Assembly (NCBI GenBank): GCA_021162065.1
Contig: JAGGZK010000017.1
Location: 23,034-87,033 of the forward strand
Length of the DNA stretch: 64,000 bases
Reading direction: 5' to 3'
From: Thermoplasmata archaeon
GTDB taxonomy: Archaea > Thermoplasmatota > E2 > UBA202 > JdFR-43
The notes under the pieces are model-generated. The model saw only the letters and a program-made list of their open reading frames with translations, was not told the DNA's origin and did not search any database. Shown here in pieces: positions 19,348 to 32,360 of this stretch. Made by a program: the position numbers and the translations under genes. Position 1 is the stretch's first letter, and each line of letters begins with the position of its first letter.

Positions 19348-19770
19348 ATGATAGTGGATGATGAGGAGGACATACATGCCCTCCTGAAATCCCAGTTGGA
19401 GAAGGTGGTGGAGGCCGAAATAATATCCTGCCTTTCCGGAGAGGAGGCAATAGAAAAATATCAGGAGTTGATGGATAAAGGCGAGAGGCCGGATCTAGTT
19501 GTGATGGATTTGAATCTTTCCGGTAGGGAATCGCTGGATGAGATAGACATGCATCGCGAGGGGCTGGACAGGAAAATGGATGGAGTAAGGACCACAGAGA
19601 AGATACTGGAGATGGACAGCAATGCCATGATATGGGGTTACACCGCCTGGTTCGATACCGACTGGGCAGAAAAATTGAAGGAAGAGGGCGCCACAAAAGT
19701 GGTGGCGAGGACAATGCCCTTTAAGGAATTTGCCCGCATGCTGGCGGCATTCTTTGAGGAAAGAGAGTAG
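19348..19770 (+). CDS. Receiver-domain (CheY-like) protein with an insertion
   Basis: IMIVDDEED gives the acidic pocket, LVVMDLNLSG the phospho-acceptor Asp, and TKVVARTMPFKEF resembles the KPF region. Start placed at the ATG just after the giant gene stop; the ORF track extends it to a GTG at 19324. Confidence 0.55.
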   Translation: MIVDDEEDIHALLKSQLEKVVEAEIISCLSGEEAIEKYQELMDKGERPDLVVMDLNLSGRESLDEIDMHREGLDRKMDGVRTTEKILEMDSNAMIWGYTAWFDTDWAEKLKEEGATKVVARTMPFKEFARMLAAFFEERE

Positions 19771-19772
19771 GT

Positions 19773-20291
19773 TTATCTCTTATAACCTATCTTCCTCAGA
19801 AATTCCCTTCTTTCCTCCTTTTCCTTTTCTCCCTCTATGCCTTTACTTTTATATCCATCCACAACCCCCACTATCCCTCTTCCTGCTTCGCCATTAATGG
19901 CTGTCTCATACACCAGCACTTTTGTGGGATTTGCGGTGGCACAGAATATTCTGCACACCTCTGGCACGTTTTTAATGGCATTCAGCACATTTATTGGAAA
20001 GCAATTTTTCATGAATATTATGAAGGAATGGCCGGCGGAAATGCGCTCAGCATTTTTTATCGCCAGCTGCACCATCTCCTCGTCATTCCCATCATACCTT
20101 ATGAGGCATGGCCCGGATGCCTCGCAGAAGGCAATGCCGAATTTTGCCCCAGGCACATTGGCCATTACCTCATATAAATCCTCGACACTCTTTATAAAAT
20201 GGCTCTGCCCCAGTATGAAATTTATCTCCTCCGGCTTTTCTATCTCCACTTCCTGAATCATGGTTTTAAATAGGGATGAAAATTTAACCAT
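19773..20291 (-). CDS. Conserved archaeal protein of unknown function (possibly PF04008, adenosine-specific-kinase-like family)
   Basis: 172-aa ORF with a compact globular composition. The family guess is a weak recollection of PF04008-type archaeal proteins. Confidence 0.3.
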   Translation of the reverse strand: MVKFSSLFKTMIQEVEIEKPEEINFILGQSHFIKSVEDLYEVMANVPGAKFGIAFCEASGPCLIRYDGNDEEMVQLAIKNAERISAGHSFIIFMKNCFPINVLNAIKNVPEVCRIFCATANPTKVLVYETAINGEAGRGIVGVVDGYKSKGIEGEKEKEERREFLRKIGYKR

Positions 20292-20326
20292 TTCTCCGCA
20301 AAAAATGAAAAGAGAAGGGGGAAGGA

Positions 20327-21397
20327 TTACTTTCTTCTCCTTATGGCAACCATCGCCGCCATCGCCGCCATTACTGCCACAATTCCAAAGCCGGGAGTGC
20401 TTCCTCCTCCGCCTTCATTATCTTCGCTGCTGCCAGTGTACACTGCTCCGCTGGAGGTGAAGGACGGCTTCGTTTCATATTTCGCCTGATTCCATTTTGT
20501 TTCCTCTGCATCCTTGAAGGCCCTTGCATATATGACGAATTTGTCCACCTCCTTGCTGTCATCCACCCATTCATAGGTGGGCTCTGTGACGGGATATTTT
20601 GCGTCTATTTCCAGTTTCCATTTATTCCAGTTGCCATCTGTGGAATTGAAGAAGAATTTTGTTATCTCGTTGCCCATGAAACTTCCGGCGGGAAGTTCAA
20701 AAGGTCCTTCCATCCATCCAGAGACATCGTAACTTCCATTTTTGTAGTATGTTACGAAAGAAAGGGATACATGATCAACACCGTTAGTTGTACCCTCTAT
20801 AAGGATATTGGTGTGCCATCTTGTTCCATCATCAATCTTCTCTATGGAATACTCCACCTTAGTTATCTTCACATCTATGCTTTTATCCGTTGGTGTTTCA
20901 TCTCCCGGGTTTACATCTTCATTGTCATCTCCTCCCTCATCTCCTCCATTATTGCCTTCCTCACCGGAAACCACCCAGTCGGTATTTCCCCCATTGTCCT
21001 GCGTAACGGCTTTTATGGTGAAGACATTCCATGAGGAAACCATTCCATAGGGCATCTTCATTGTTATCGTATCCCCACTTATGCTCACCTCCGGCTGTCC
21101 CGCAGATGTTGTTCCAGCAAAAACCGCATATCCATTGCTGTAAATCGCTCCTATCTCCTGTGGCCCATTGTCCGCCATAACATTATATGTGCACGTTGTG
21201 TCTATGTTGCCGGCCACCTGTAGATGGAAGACGAGTTTGTCCCCTTCCACGGTTGTCCACACCTTCGTTATGTCTATATCCGGATTGCTCACGTCTCCTG
21301 TTGCATCATTAACGCTTATCTCAAAATCCACCGCATTGCTAGCCGGTATGGCAAGCATAACACCCATTACCGCCAGAATGGCTATTATTTTCTTCAT
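20327..21397 (-). CDS. Secreted cell-surface protein with PGF-CTERM archaeosortase sorting signal
   Basis: N-terminal signal peptide [22 protein letters not shown]. Acidic Gly/Asp-rich linker. The C-terminus [28 protein letters not shown] has the PGF motif, a TM helix and a basic tail. Confidence 0.65.
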   Translation of the reverse strand: MKKIIAILAVMGVMLAIPASNAVDFEISVNDATGDVSNPDIDITKVWTTVEGDKLVFHLQVAGNIDTTCTYNVMADNGPQEIGAIYSNGYAVFAGTTSAGQPEVSISGDTITMKMPYGMVSSWNVFTIKAVTQDNGGNTDWVVSGEEGNNGGDEGGDDNEDVNPGDETPTDKSIDVKITKVEYSIEKIDDGTRWHTNILIEGTTNGVDHVSLSFVTYYKNGSYDVSGWMEGPFELPAGSFMGNEITKFFFNSTDGNWNKWKLEIDAKYPVTEPTYEWVDDSKEVDKFVIYARAFKDAEETKWNQAKYETKPSFTSSGAVYTGSSEDNEGGGGSTPGFGIVAVMAAMAAMVAIRRRK

Positions 21398-21437
21398 GGT
21401 GGAAGGATATTTTTAATAATATAAAATTTTTTTCATT

Positions 21438-22571
21438 ATGCTTGTCAACGCAGATTTGCATATCCATTCCTCCTTCTCAGGTGGAACATCCTCCAAAATA
21501 AGCATGGAGAGCATTGCAGAGGGGGCGAAAAAGAAGGGGCTTCATATTGTTGCCACTGGCGACTGCCTCCATCCCATATGGGAGAGGGAGATAAGGGGGC
21601 ATTACAGAAATGGCATGGCAGAGGTGGATGGCATCCATTTTCTGCTGAGTGTGGAGGTGGAGGATATGAACAGGGTTCATCATCTCCTTCTTTTTCCCGA
21701 TTTTGACGCGGCCCATCAATTTGGGGATATGGTGAAAAGGAAGGCCAGCGGAATGGAGCATGAGGGAAGACCTCGCCTTAATATGAATGGAATGGAAATA
21801 ATGGATATCGCCCTGGAATGCAATGCCCTTATTGGCCCTGCCCATGCCTTCACACCCTGGACGTCTCTCTATGCCTACTTCGATTCCGTGCTGGATTATT
21901 ATGGCAGAAAACCCCATTTCCTGGAGCTTGGTTTAAGCGCAGATACTAACTATGGAGACAGAATAAGGGAGTTGCAAAGCATCCCATTTCTCAGCAATTC
22001 CGATGCTCACTCTCCCTCCCCTCATCGTTTGGGCAGAGAATTCAACCGGCTGGAAGTGGAGGAGATAACCTGGGATGAGATAAGGAAGGCGATTCTTAAG
22101 GGCAAGATAAAATGCAATGCCGGCTTCCCTCCTGAAAAGGGGAAATACAACAGGACTGCATGCAGTTCATGCCACAGAAAATATGACATGGAAAAGGCAA
22201 GGGAAATGAAATGGAAATGCAGATGCGGAGGCGTGATAAAAAAGGGAGTGAGAGATAGAGTTAACGAGTTGGCTGATTTTGAGGAGGCAAGGCATCCGGA
22301 ATGGAGGGGCGAGTATGTGCACATCCTTCCCTTGGCGGAAATAATAGCGGTGGCACTGAATGAGGATGCAAACTCCTCCATCGTAAGAAGAAGATGGGAG
22401 GAGATGACAAGGAGGAGGAGTGAAATTGAAATACTCCTGGATGTTGATATTGATGAAATAAGGAAAATCTCGCCTCCTGCCGTGGCCCATGCCATCGAGG
22501 CATTCAGGAAGGGTAATGTGGAGATAATTCCGGGAGGGGGCGGGAAGTATGGAGAGATAGTGATAAAATGA
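21438..22571 (+). CDS. PHP-domain nuclease with C-terminal zinc ribbon, EndoQ-like
   Basis: N-terminal DLHIHSSFSGG is a PHP metal-binding motif. Further His/Asp ligands follow. The C-terminal region has four Cys (CSSCHRKYD...KCRCGG). This architecture resembles archaeal endonuclease Q. Confidence 0.5.
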   Translation: MLVNADLHIHSSFSGGTSSKISMESIAEGAKKKGLHIVATGDCLHPIWEREIRGHYRNGMAEVDGIHFLLSVEVEDMNRVHHLLLFPDFDAAHQFGDMVKRKASGMEHEGRPRLNMNGMEIMDIALECNALIGPAHAFTPWTSLYAYFDSVLDYYGRKPHFLELGLSADTNYGDRIRELQSIPFLSNSDAHSPSPHRLGREFNRLEVEEITWDEIRKAILKGKIKCNAGFPPEKGKYNRTACSSCHRKYDMEKAREMKWKCRCGGVIKKGVRDRVNELADFEEARHPEWRGEYVHILPLAEIIAVALNEDANSSIVRRRWEEMTRRRSEIEILLDVDIDEIRKISPPAVAHAIEAFRKGNVEIIPGGGGKYGEIVIK

Positions 22572-23221
22572 TATGTGGAATGGATGAGGCAGGACGCGGC
22601 CCTGTAATAGGCCCCATGGTGGTGGCGGGCGTATGGATGGACGCAGAGGAAGAGCATAAACTGCTGGAGATGAAGGTGAGGGATTCAAAGAAGCTCATAA
22701 GGCATAGGAGGGAGAGGCTTGCGGAGTACATAAAGAAAAATTTCATTCATCATTTCATAGTGGTGGAGGCGGAGGATATTGATAATCTTCGCCAGATAAT
22801 GACCATGAATCAGCTGGAGGCATATATTTTTGCGAAGATAGCCAACATGGAGAGGGCGGATGTGTACTACATAGATGCGGCCAGTACTAATGAAAACGCG
22901 TTCAAAGATTTAATTCGCCAGTCAATCATGCATGATTGTGAGATAATATGCGAGCATGGGGCGGATGATAAATATGCCATTGTATCTGCCGCCTCCATAG
23001 TGGCAAAGGTGGAGAGGGATGCGAGAATAAAAAAAATTGCGGAGGAACTGGAGAAAAAACTGGAAATGCCCCTGGGTAGCGGATATCCCAGTGATGAGAG
23101 AACAATAGAATTCATAAAGGCATGGCTTGAGAAATATGGAGAGATGCCACCCCATGTAAGAAAAAGCTGGAAAACGGTTAAGAGAATAGAGGATGAAATT
23201 CGACAGAAGAAACTTTTTTGA
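22568..23221 (+). CDS. rnhB: Ribonuclease HII
   Basis: MICGMDEAGRGPVIGPMVVAGV is the canonical RNase HII N-terminus. 217 aa. Confidence 0.9.
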   Translation: MICGMDEAGRGPVIGPMVVAGVWMDAEEEHKLLEMKVRDSKKLIRHRRERLAEYIKKNFIHHFIVVEAEDIDNLRQIMTMNQLEAYIFAKIANMERADVYYIDAASTNENAFKDLIRQSIMHDCEIICEHGADDKYAIVSAASIVAKVERDARIKKIAEELEKKLEMPLGSGYPSDERTIEFIKAWLEKYGEMPPHVRKSWKTVKRIEDEIRQKKLF

Positions 23222-23225
23222 GGAT

Positions 23226-23753
23226 ATGGATGTAAAAATAGCAGGCATAGACCCTGCTGCCCTCCCCGAGAATCCCACAGGAGTGTGCGTTCTGGATGAG
23301 AAGCCATCCTTTTTCACTCTCCATGGGGATAACGAAATTGTGGAGGCGGTTAAGGAGGCGGATATCATAGCCATCGACGCCCCCCTCATGCCCCATCCAA
23401 AGGTGAGGGATGTGGATGCGATACTCAAAAAATACGGCGCCCTGCCTCCCACCATGGGCGGGATGAAGAAATTGACAGAGAGGGCGTGGAAGTTGAGGGA
23501 GGCGTTGAAAAGAAAGAACGATGCCATAATCATTGAGGTTTTTCCCACAGCCACAGCCAAAATCATGGGATTTTACAGCAGAAACTGGAGGGAAATGGAG
23601 GAAATGCTGGGCTTGGAGGTAAAAAATAAGCACGAACTGGATGCGTATATCTGCGCCCTTACGGCCATGATGTATGTAAAAGGGGACGCTATGGAGGTGG
23701 GAAGGGAGGGAAAAATAGTTATACCTCTCTACCATGAAGACAAACTTTTTTAG
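23226..23753 (+). CDS. RNase-H-fold protein of unknown function (DUF429-like)
   Basis: The start MDVKIAGIDPA resembles the RuvC/YqgF-type N-terminal Asp strand. Start chosen at the internal Met immediately after the rnhB stop; the ORF track extends it to 23193. Confidence 0.35.
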   Translation: MDVKIAGIDPAALPENPTGVCVLDEKPSFFTLHGDNEIVEAVKEADIIAIDAPLMPHPKVRDVDAILKKYGALPPTMGGMKKLTERAWKLREALKRKNDAIIIEVFPTATAKIMGFYSRNWREMEEMLGLEVKNKHELDAYICALTAMMYVKGDAMEVGREGKIVIPLYHEDKLF

Positions 23754-24417
23754 ATACGCCCCCATTATCAGTGTGGATGAAAAACTTCCCCTCCACTGCC
23801 CCTTGGACCAACTTTTGAAAGGCGGCATAGAAAAGGGAATAATAACGGAGATATATGGCGAGGGAGGGAGCGGAAAGACCAACATATGCATTCAGGCCGC
23901 AAGGAGCTGTGTCGAGGAGGGGAGGAAAGCAGTTTACATAGATACGGAGGGCATCTCGAAGGAACGCCTACTGCAAATTTTCGGAGATAGAAAAAAACTG
24001 GAGAATCTGCTTTTTTTCATTCCCTTTTCCCTCAAGGAACAGGAGGAGATGGTGGAGAAAGCATGCAAAATAGATGCGGGCATCATAATTCTGGATAGCG
24101 CCAACCTCTTCTACCGCCTTGAAATGAATGAGGACGAGACCATGGCAACCCGCTCTCTAACGAAGCAACTCGTTACTCTCCAGATAGAGGCAAGGAAGAA
24201 AAACATACCTGTTATCATAACCAGCCAGGTGTACTCGGCGGGCGACGAGATAAAACCCTTTGCCGGGAGAAGCATGGATCACATCGCCAAGACCATAATA
24301 AGGGTGGAGAGGGTGGATGAAAGGGGGGAAAGAAGAAGAGCGGTTCTGGTAAAGCACAGGAGCATCGAGGAAGGAGCATGCGTGGAATTCAGAATCACGG
24401 CAAAGGGGATAGAATAA
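23734..24417 (+). CDS. radB: DNA repair/recombination protein RadB (short RecA/RadA paralogue)
   Basis: Walker A GEGGSGKTN and Walker B IIILDS are present. 227 aa with no N-terminal HhH domain, so RadB rather than RadA. Confidence 0.75.
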   Translation: MKTNFFRYAPIISVDEKLPLHCPLDQLLKGGIEKGIITEIYGEGGSGKTNICIQAARSCVEEGRKAVYIDTEGISKERLLQIFGDRKKLENLLFFIPFSLKEQEEMVEKACKIDAGIIILDSANLFYRLEMNEDETMATRSLTKQLVTLQIEARKKNIPVIITSQVYSAGDEIKPFAGRSMDHIAKTIIRVERVDERGERRRAVLVKHRSIEEGACVEFRITAKGIE

Positions 24418-24497
24418 AAGGGAGGCGTTATGGCAGCATGTAAAATCTTGCCGGTTCAAAAATAGAAAACATTTTTAGATACACCTCATTCAAATGT

Positions 24498-25352
24498 GTG
24501 AAAAAAGTAAAGGCATTCCTCGATTTGACGAGGGCAGGCCATGGCATAATGCTCTATGTCGCCATCTTAATAGGCGCCATGATAGCGGGAAGTATGCCGG
24601 AAGTGGATAAATACTTCTTCGCATTTCTCACGGCACTCTTCCTTGAGATGGGAACCTTTGCTCTCAATGATTATTTTGACTACGAGGTGGATAAGAAAAA
24701 TAGAAGGATGGACCGTCCCCTTGTTAGGGGGGATATCTCCCCAAAGGCGGCTCTCCTGACATATGCCATTCTTTCTCCCCTCGGCATTTTAAGCAGTGTC
24801 ATGGTGAACAGGACATGCTTTTACATTGCCCTTTTCAATCTTGTGGTGGCGACTTTATACGATGTCAAACTCAAGGAAATAAAGGTCATAGGAAACTTTT
24901 ACATCGCTTTTATTATGGCCATACCCTTCATATTTGGGGCGGTAGCGGTGAGTGAGAACATTCCTGCCATAATTTACTTTTTTGCCCTCCTTGCCTTTCT
25001 CTCTGGGGCGGGAAGGGAGATAATAAAAGATGTGATGGATTTTGAAGGGGATAAAATAAGAAAAACAAAATCCTTTCCCCACTATCTCGGCATAAAAAAA
25101 TCTAATGTTCTTGCCTCCCTCCTTATTATGGCGGCGGTGGTGCTGAGTTTCATCCCATTCTTTTTCAATGTGGATTCCAGGTATTATCACAACCCTCTTT
25201 TCCTTCTGCTCCTCGCCATAAGCGATGCAATATTCATTTACTCTATTTTTCTGGTGGCGAAAAATGATGAGGGGGCAAGAAAATACACTCTCATCGCCAT
25301 GTTCATGGCCCTCATCGCCTTCCTCCTCCCTTCCATAACATTCATAAAATGA
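24498..25352 (+). CDS. UbiA-family prenyltransferase, likely digeranylgeranylglyceryl phosphate synthase
   Basis: ALNDYFDYEVDKKNRRMDRPL matches the UbiA NDxxDxxxD motif. A second Asp-rich motif and about 8 TM helices are present. 284 aa. Confidence 0.65.
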   Translation: MKKVKAFLDLTRAGHGIMLYVAILIGAMIAGSMPEVDKYFFAFLTALFLEMGTFALNDYFDYEVDKKNRRMDRPLVRGDISPKAALLTYAILSPLGILSSVMVNRTCFYIALFNLVVATLYDVKLKEIKVIGNFYIAFIMAIPFIFGAVAVSENIPAIIYFFALLAFLSGAGREIIKDVMDFEGDKIRKTKSFPHYLGIKKSNVLASLLIMAAVVLSFIPFFFNVDSRYYHNPLFLLLLAISDAIFIYSIFLVAKNDEGARKYTLIAMFMALIAFLLPSITFIK

Positions 25353-25391
25353 GCGTAAACTATTTATATAACAACTAATATACAATTCGAG

Positions 25392-25964
25392 GTGATGAAA
25401 ATGGTATGGCGAAAGGACAAGGATAAAAATAAGGATCCATTCGACTGGTTTGATGACTGGATGTTTGACGACATATTCCGCGAGTTTGACGAGAGATTCC
25501 GCAGAATGAGTCACTACATGAACAGGATAATGAGGGATGCCATGGAGGGCAAGATGCCATCACCAGAGGAAGGGGGGCCATTCATATACGGATGGAGCAT
25601 GAGGATAGGGCCTGATGGCAAGCCCCACATACAGGAATTCGGCAACATCCCCGGAAAGACAGGAGCAACAGGAATACAGGAAGAGGTGAGAGAGCCACTG
25701 GTGGATGTCATAGAGAGTGATGACAAAATCAGTGTTACGGCAGAGGTGCCGGGAGTCAGCAAAGAGGATATAGAACTGGAGGTGGTGGATGACGTGCTGA
25801 GAATCAAAGTGGATACGGAGAACAGAAAATACTACAAGGAGGTGAAACTGCCGGCGGAGGTGGACGAGAAATCGGCAAAGGCAACTTATCAGAACGGAGT
25901 GCTGGATGTGGAACTCAAGAAATTGAAGCCGAAGAAGAAGGGAAAGAAAATCAAAATAAACTGA
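25392..25964 (+). CDS. hsp20: Small heat-shock protein (Hsp20/alpha-crystallin family)
   Basis: The alpha-crystallin domain reads ESDDKISVTAEVPGVSKEDIELEVVDDVLRIK...AEVDEKSAKATYQNGVLDVEL. Confidence 0.8.
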   Translation: MMKMVWRKDKDKNKDPFDWFDDWMFDDIFREFDERFRRMSHYMNRIMRDAMEGKMPSPEEGGPFIYGWSMRIGPDGKPHIQEFGNIPGKTGATGIQEEVREPLVDVIESDDKISVTAEVPGVSKEDIELEVVDDVLRIKVDTENRKYYKEVKLPAEVDEKSAKATYQNGVLDVELKKLKPKKKGKKIKIN

Positions 25965-26005
25965 TTCTCTTCCCTTCCCCTTTTATTTATGTTATGGAAG
26001 ATTGA

Positions 26006-29295
<3,290 letters not shown>

Positions 29296-30591
29296 CTACG
29301 AGTATGACGCAAATCCTGTTTCCCCTGATGATGCCGGAATAAGGGGAATTATCTCCCTTCCCCCAAGATAAAGGGCGTTATTGCGGAATATCAGCAACTC
29401 TCCAGAGGTAAGGGAGAATGATCTCCTTCCCTCCAGCCCGCATTTTATTATGAGCGCATCCTTTCCTCCAGAGCCATAGCTGGATGTATAGCCAGCCATG
29501 TAAATTCTTTTGTCATATATGGCTATCGCATTTGCCTTATCCTCTTCTTTTCCGCCCCATATTTTGCTCCAGGAAAGCATTCCGTCGGAGTCATATTTCA
29601 GAAGAAATACATCCCCTCCTTTGCCATAGCTTTTTGTGATTCCGGTGAGGTAGAAAGTGTCTTCATAGATGGCCGCATCCGTTGCCTCATCCTCCCCCTC
29701 CTCCCCCCATCTCCTCTCAAAAAGCATGTTTCCCGTTGAATCGTACTTTATGGAGAGGGCATGGGGTGTGTAGGAGGAGGTAACTCCTGCGGTGTACAGA
29801 TAGGGACGGGAGTATATTATTCCCATCATCTCATCATCGCTTTCTCCCCCCCAGGTCTTCATCCACTGAAACTCCCCTTTATCATTGAATCCCAATACGA
29901 GAACATCCTTTCCTCCAGAGCCATAGCTGGATGTATAGCCGGCAATAAATATCCCATCTGGGGTTACCGCCACGTCATTTCCTCCGTCATCCTTGGAGCC
30001 GCCCCATATTTTATGCCAGGCTATGTCTCCATCCATGTTGAGTTTTATCAGCACCACATCGCTGCCCAAGGAACCAAAGCTTCTGGTGGAGCCACCCACA
30101 AATATTTTGTCATCGTACACTGCAATTCCCTTTCCCTCATCATCACTACTCCCTCCCCAGGTGGTGAACCACTGGCTGTTGCCCTCGCCATCATAACAGG
30201 CAATGAAGACATCCTCATTTCCATTTGCTTCCGTGGTGCCGGCGATATATACCTTTCCTTCATAAATCTGCAGCGCCTCCGCCTCCGCATTTCCGTTGCC
30301 ACTCCATGTTGTGTTCCACTGAAGTTTTCCATTGTCATTATATTTCAGGAGAAACGCCTTTTTTGCATTGGAGGAAATGATGACCCCGCATACATACACG
30401 CCATCCTCTGCCACTCCTATATCATTTATTATTTCATCGCCCTCTCCTCCCCAGGTGACGGACCAGTAGGGCCTTATGGTTCCCGGAGACGAAAAAATTG
30501 GAGTGTCATCCCCAAGGGAAAGGGGCAATGTGCTGCTCACCATCACAAAGGCAAGCAGTCCGGCCACAAGTCCGGTGGATATGAGTTTCAT
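29296..30591 (-). CDS. Secreted SBBP beta-propeller repeat protein
   Basis: Signal peptide MKLISTGLVAGLLAFVMVSSTLPLSLG. About 9 repeats of the xKYDxxGxxxWxxTWGG type. Two 37-nt exact intragenic DNA repeats at 29477 and 29904 encode the AGYTSSYGSGGKD motif. Confidence 0.6.
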   Translation of the reverse strand: MKLISTGLVAGLLAFVMVSSTLPLSLGDDTPIFSSPGTIRPYWSVTWGGEGDEIINDIGVAEDGVYVCGVIISSNAKKAFLLKYNDNGKLQWNTTWSGNGNAEAEALQIYEGKVYIAGTTEANGNEDVFIACYDGEGNSQWFTTWGGSSDDEGKGIAVYDDKIFVGGSTRSFGSLGSDVVLIKLNMDGDIAWHKIWGGSKDDGGNDVAVTPDGIFIAGYTSSYGSGGKDVLVLGFNDKGEFQWMKTWGGESDDEMMGIIYSRPYLYTAGVTSSYTPHALSIKYDSTGNMLFERRWGEEGEDEATDAAIYEDTFYLTGITKSYGKGGDVFLLKYDSDGMLSWSKIWGGKEEDKANAIAIYDKRIYMAGYTSSYGSGGKDALIIKCGLEGRRSFSLTSGELLIFRNNALYLGGREIIPLIPASSGETGFASYS

Positions 30592-30768
30592 ATTCTCTAT
30601 ATTTGGCAGGATTATATAAATTTGTTTGTGAAACATTGAGCATGAGAATTCATCCAGGCAATTTTATCGCTTTCAAGAGAGCCCACCTATGGCGTGAATC
30701 TTTTCTGAATTATTGGAGGCAGCGGAAACATTTGAAAAATTTTATTAAGAGATACCAATTCTCCCCTT

Positions 30769-31191
30769 ATGATAAAGATAAGCAAGGGATTGCTTTCCTT
30801 TCTATCGGGGCTGGGATTCATGGGCCTGGGATTCTACATTGTTTTCTTCGCCTTCGTGGATATGGGATACAAACTTCTGGGCAACTATTTACTCCTTTTC
30901 TCCATAATAAACAGCATTCTGGCATGCGTCGTCGTCTATTTCCTGGCCATTGCCTTCTCCTTCATAGAAGGACGTTTTGAAGTGAATGCCACGCAGGGCG
31001 GATTCATAGGGGGCATATTGAGCATGGTTGCCATAATCCTGATGATTGTATCCTTCAGAATGGAAGAACTCGGTTTGATGAGCGATCTCACCATGATGCA
31101 GAGAATACACCCCCTTGTATCCTTTTTCCTGGCATCGGCCTGCACCATTCTTCTCATATGGCCTGAAGAGAGCAAGGAAGAGAAATGGTGA
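30769..31191 (+). CDS. Hypothetical integral membrane protein
   Basis: 140 aa with four hydrophobic helices; no recognisable family. Confidence 0.4.
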   Translation: MIKISKGLLSFLSGLGFMGLGFYIVFFAFVDMGYKLLGNYLLLFSIINSILACVVVYFLAIAFSFIEGRFEVNATQGGFIGGILSMVAIILMIVSFRMEELGLMSDLTMMQRIHPLVSFFLASACTILLIWPEESKEEKW

Positions 31192-32231
31192 AGGTTGTAT
31201 ACAGGTACGGGCATAGAATAGGCAGGGATAAGAGGATAACGACCCATGTGGCTCTTACAGCCAGGGCTTTCGGCGCCGATGGCATAGTGGTGGACACCCC
31301 CGATAAAAAACTCGAGGAAAGCGTGGGCGATGTGGTGAATCGTTTTGGAGGCGAGTTCTTCATAGAAACGGGGGTGAAATGGAGGGATTACATCAAGAAA
31401 TGGAAGGGAAGGATTGTGCATCTCACCATGTATGGCGAGAATGTAATGGATTGCATCGACGACATCAGAAAATGGGATGATATTCTCATAATCGTCGGCT
31501 CTGAAAAGGTGCCGGGAGAATTTTATGAAATAGCCCATCGCAATGTTGCCATAGGAAACCAGCCCCATTCGGAGGTGGCCGCCCTCGCCGTATTTCTTCA
31601 TCTTCTCACCGATGGGGGATGGAATGATAAAAAATTCGAGGGGGTGATGGAGGTTGTGCCCACTGAGAGGGGAAAGAAGATAAGATACAACTACGAGGAG
31701 ATACTCAGGCGGGAGGGATGCAGTAAGGCGGTCATAGAGCACTGCAGGAAGGTGGCGGCGCTTGCCATGGAAATTGCCAGGAGGATTGGAGAAAAAGGAA
31801 GGAAAATAGATATGGATGCCGTCTATGCTGGAGCGATGCTCCACGATGTTGGGAGGGCGAGGACGCATGGAATAATGCACATAGTGGAGGGCGTTAAGAT
31901 TGCGAGGAAATACGGGCTGCCATCAAAGATTCTTAACATAATAAAGCATCATGGAGGGGCTGGCATAGACGAGGAGGAGGCGAAGAAACTCGGCTTACCT
32001 CCGGGAGATTACACTCCTGTTACCATAGAGGAAATGATAGTGGCCCATGCGGACAACCTTACGGGCTACCGCTACAGGAAATTCAGGACTGCCTATGCCA
32101 TGTTTCGGATGAAAGCAGGGAAAAAGGCGGCATTGAAGATGAAAGAACTGCATGAAAAACTGAGCGAGATGGCGGGTGAGGATATAGACAACATAGTGGA
32201 AAAGCTGAAATCTAAAAGATTGGTAAAATAG
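31185..32231 (+). CDS. tRNA (cytidine56-2'-O)-methyltransferase (aTrm56, SPOUT) fused to an HD-domain phosphohydrolase
   Basis: Residues 1-160 read [37 protein letters not shown]...IIVGSEKVP, which is aTrm56-like. Residues about 170-348 have the H..HD motif ([10 protein letters not shown]) and downstream HADNL, matching an HD/HDIG domain. It is one continuous frame. Confidence 0.6.
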   Translation: MVKVVYRYGHRIGRDKRITTHVALTARAFGADGIVVDTPDKKLEESVGDVVNRFGGEFFIETGVKWRDYIKKWKGRIVHLTMYGENVMDCIDDIRKWDDILIIVGSEKVPGEFYEIAHRNVAIGNQPHSEVAALAVFLHLLTDGGWNDKKFEGVMEVVPTERGKKIRYNYEEILRREGCSKAVIEHCRKVAALAMEIARRIGEKGRKIDMDAVYAGAMLHDVGRARTHGIMHIVEGVKIARKYGLPSKILNIIKHHGGAGIDEEEAKKLGLPPGDYTPVTIEEMIVAHADNLTGYRYRKFRTAYAMFRMKAGKKAALKMKELHEKLSEMAGEDIDNIVEKLKSKRLVK

Positions 32232-32360
32232 CATCGAAATTTTATCCAGATTTACAATAAAGTAATAAATGCATTTTGCATTCTTTTACATGTGGGGGTG
32301 TTTGCGGGGTGCAGAAATGGGGGTTAAACAGAATGAGATGGTAAAGGAGGAGCGTTTTAG

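Noticed and set aside
29477-29940. Two exact 37-nt repeats (29477-29513 and 29904-29940); considered as possible CRISPR or IS terminal repeats
   Set aside because: Both lie in-frame inside the SBBP repeat gene and encode the same AGYTSSYGSGGKD protein motif. This is intragenic repeat-domain duplication, not a spacer-repeat array or mobile-element end.
29761-30639. 292-aa plus-strand ORF opposite the SBBP repeat gene
   Set aside because: It is antisense to a gene with a clear signal peptide and repeat structure, and it is Gly/Pro-rich low complexity.
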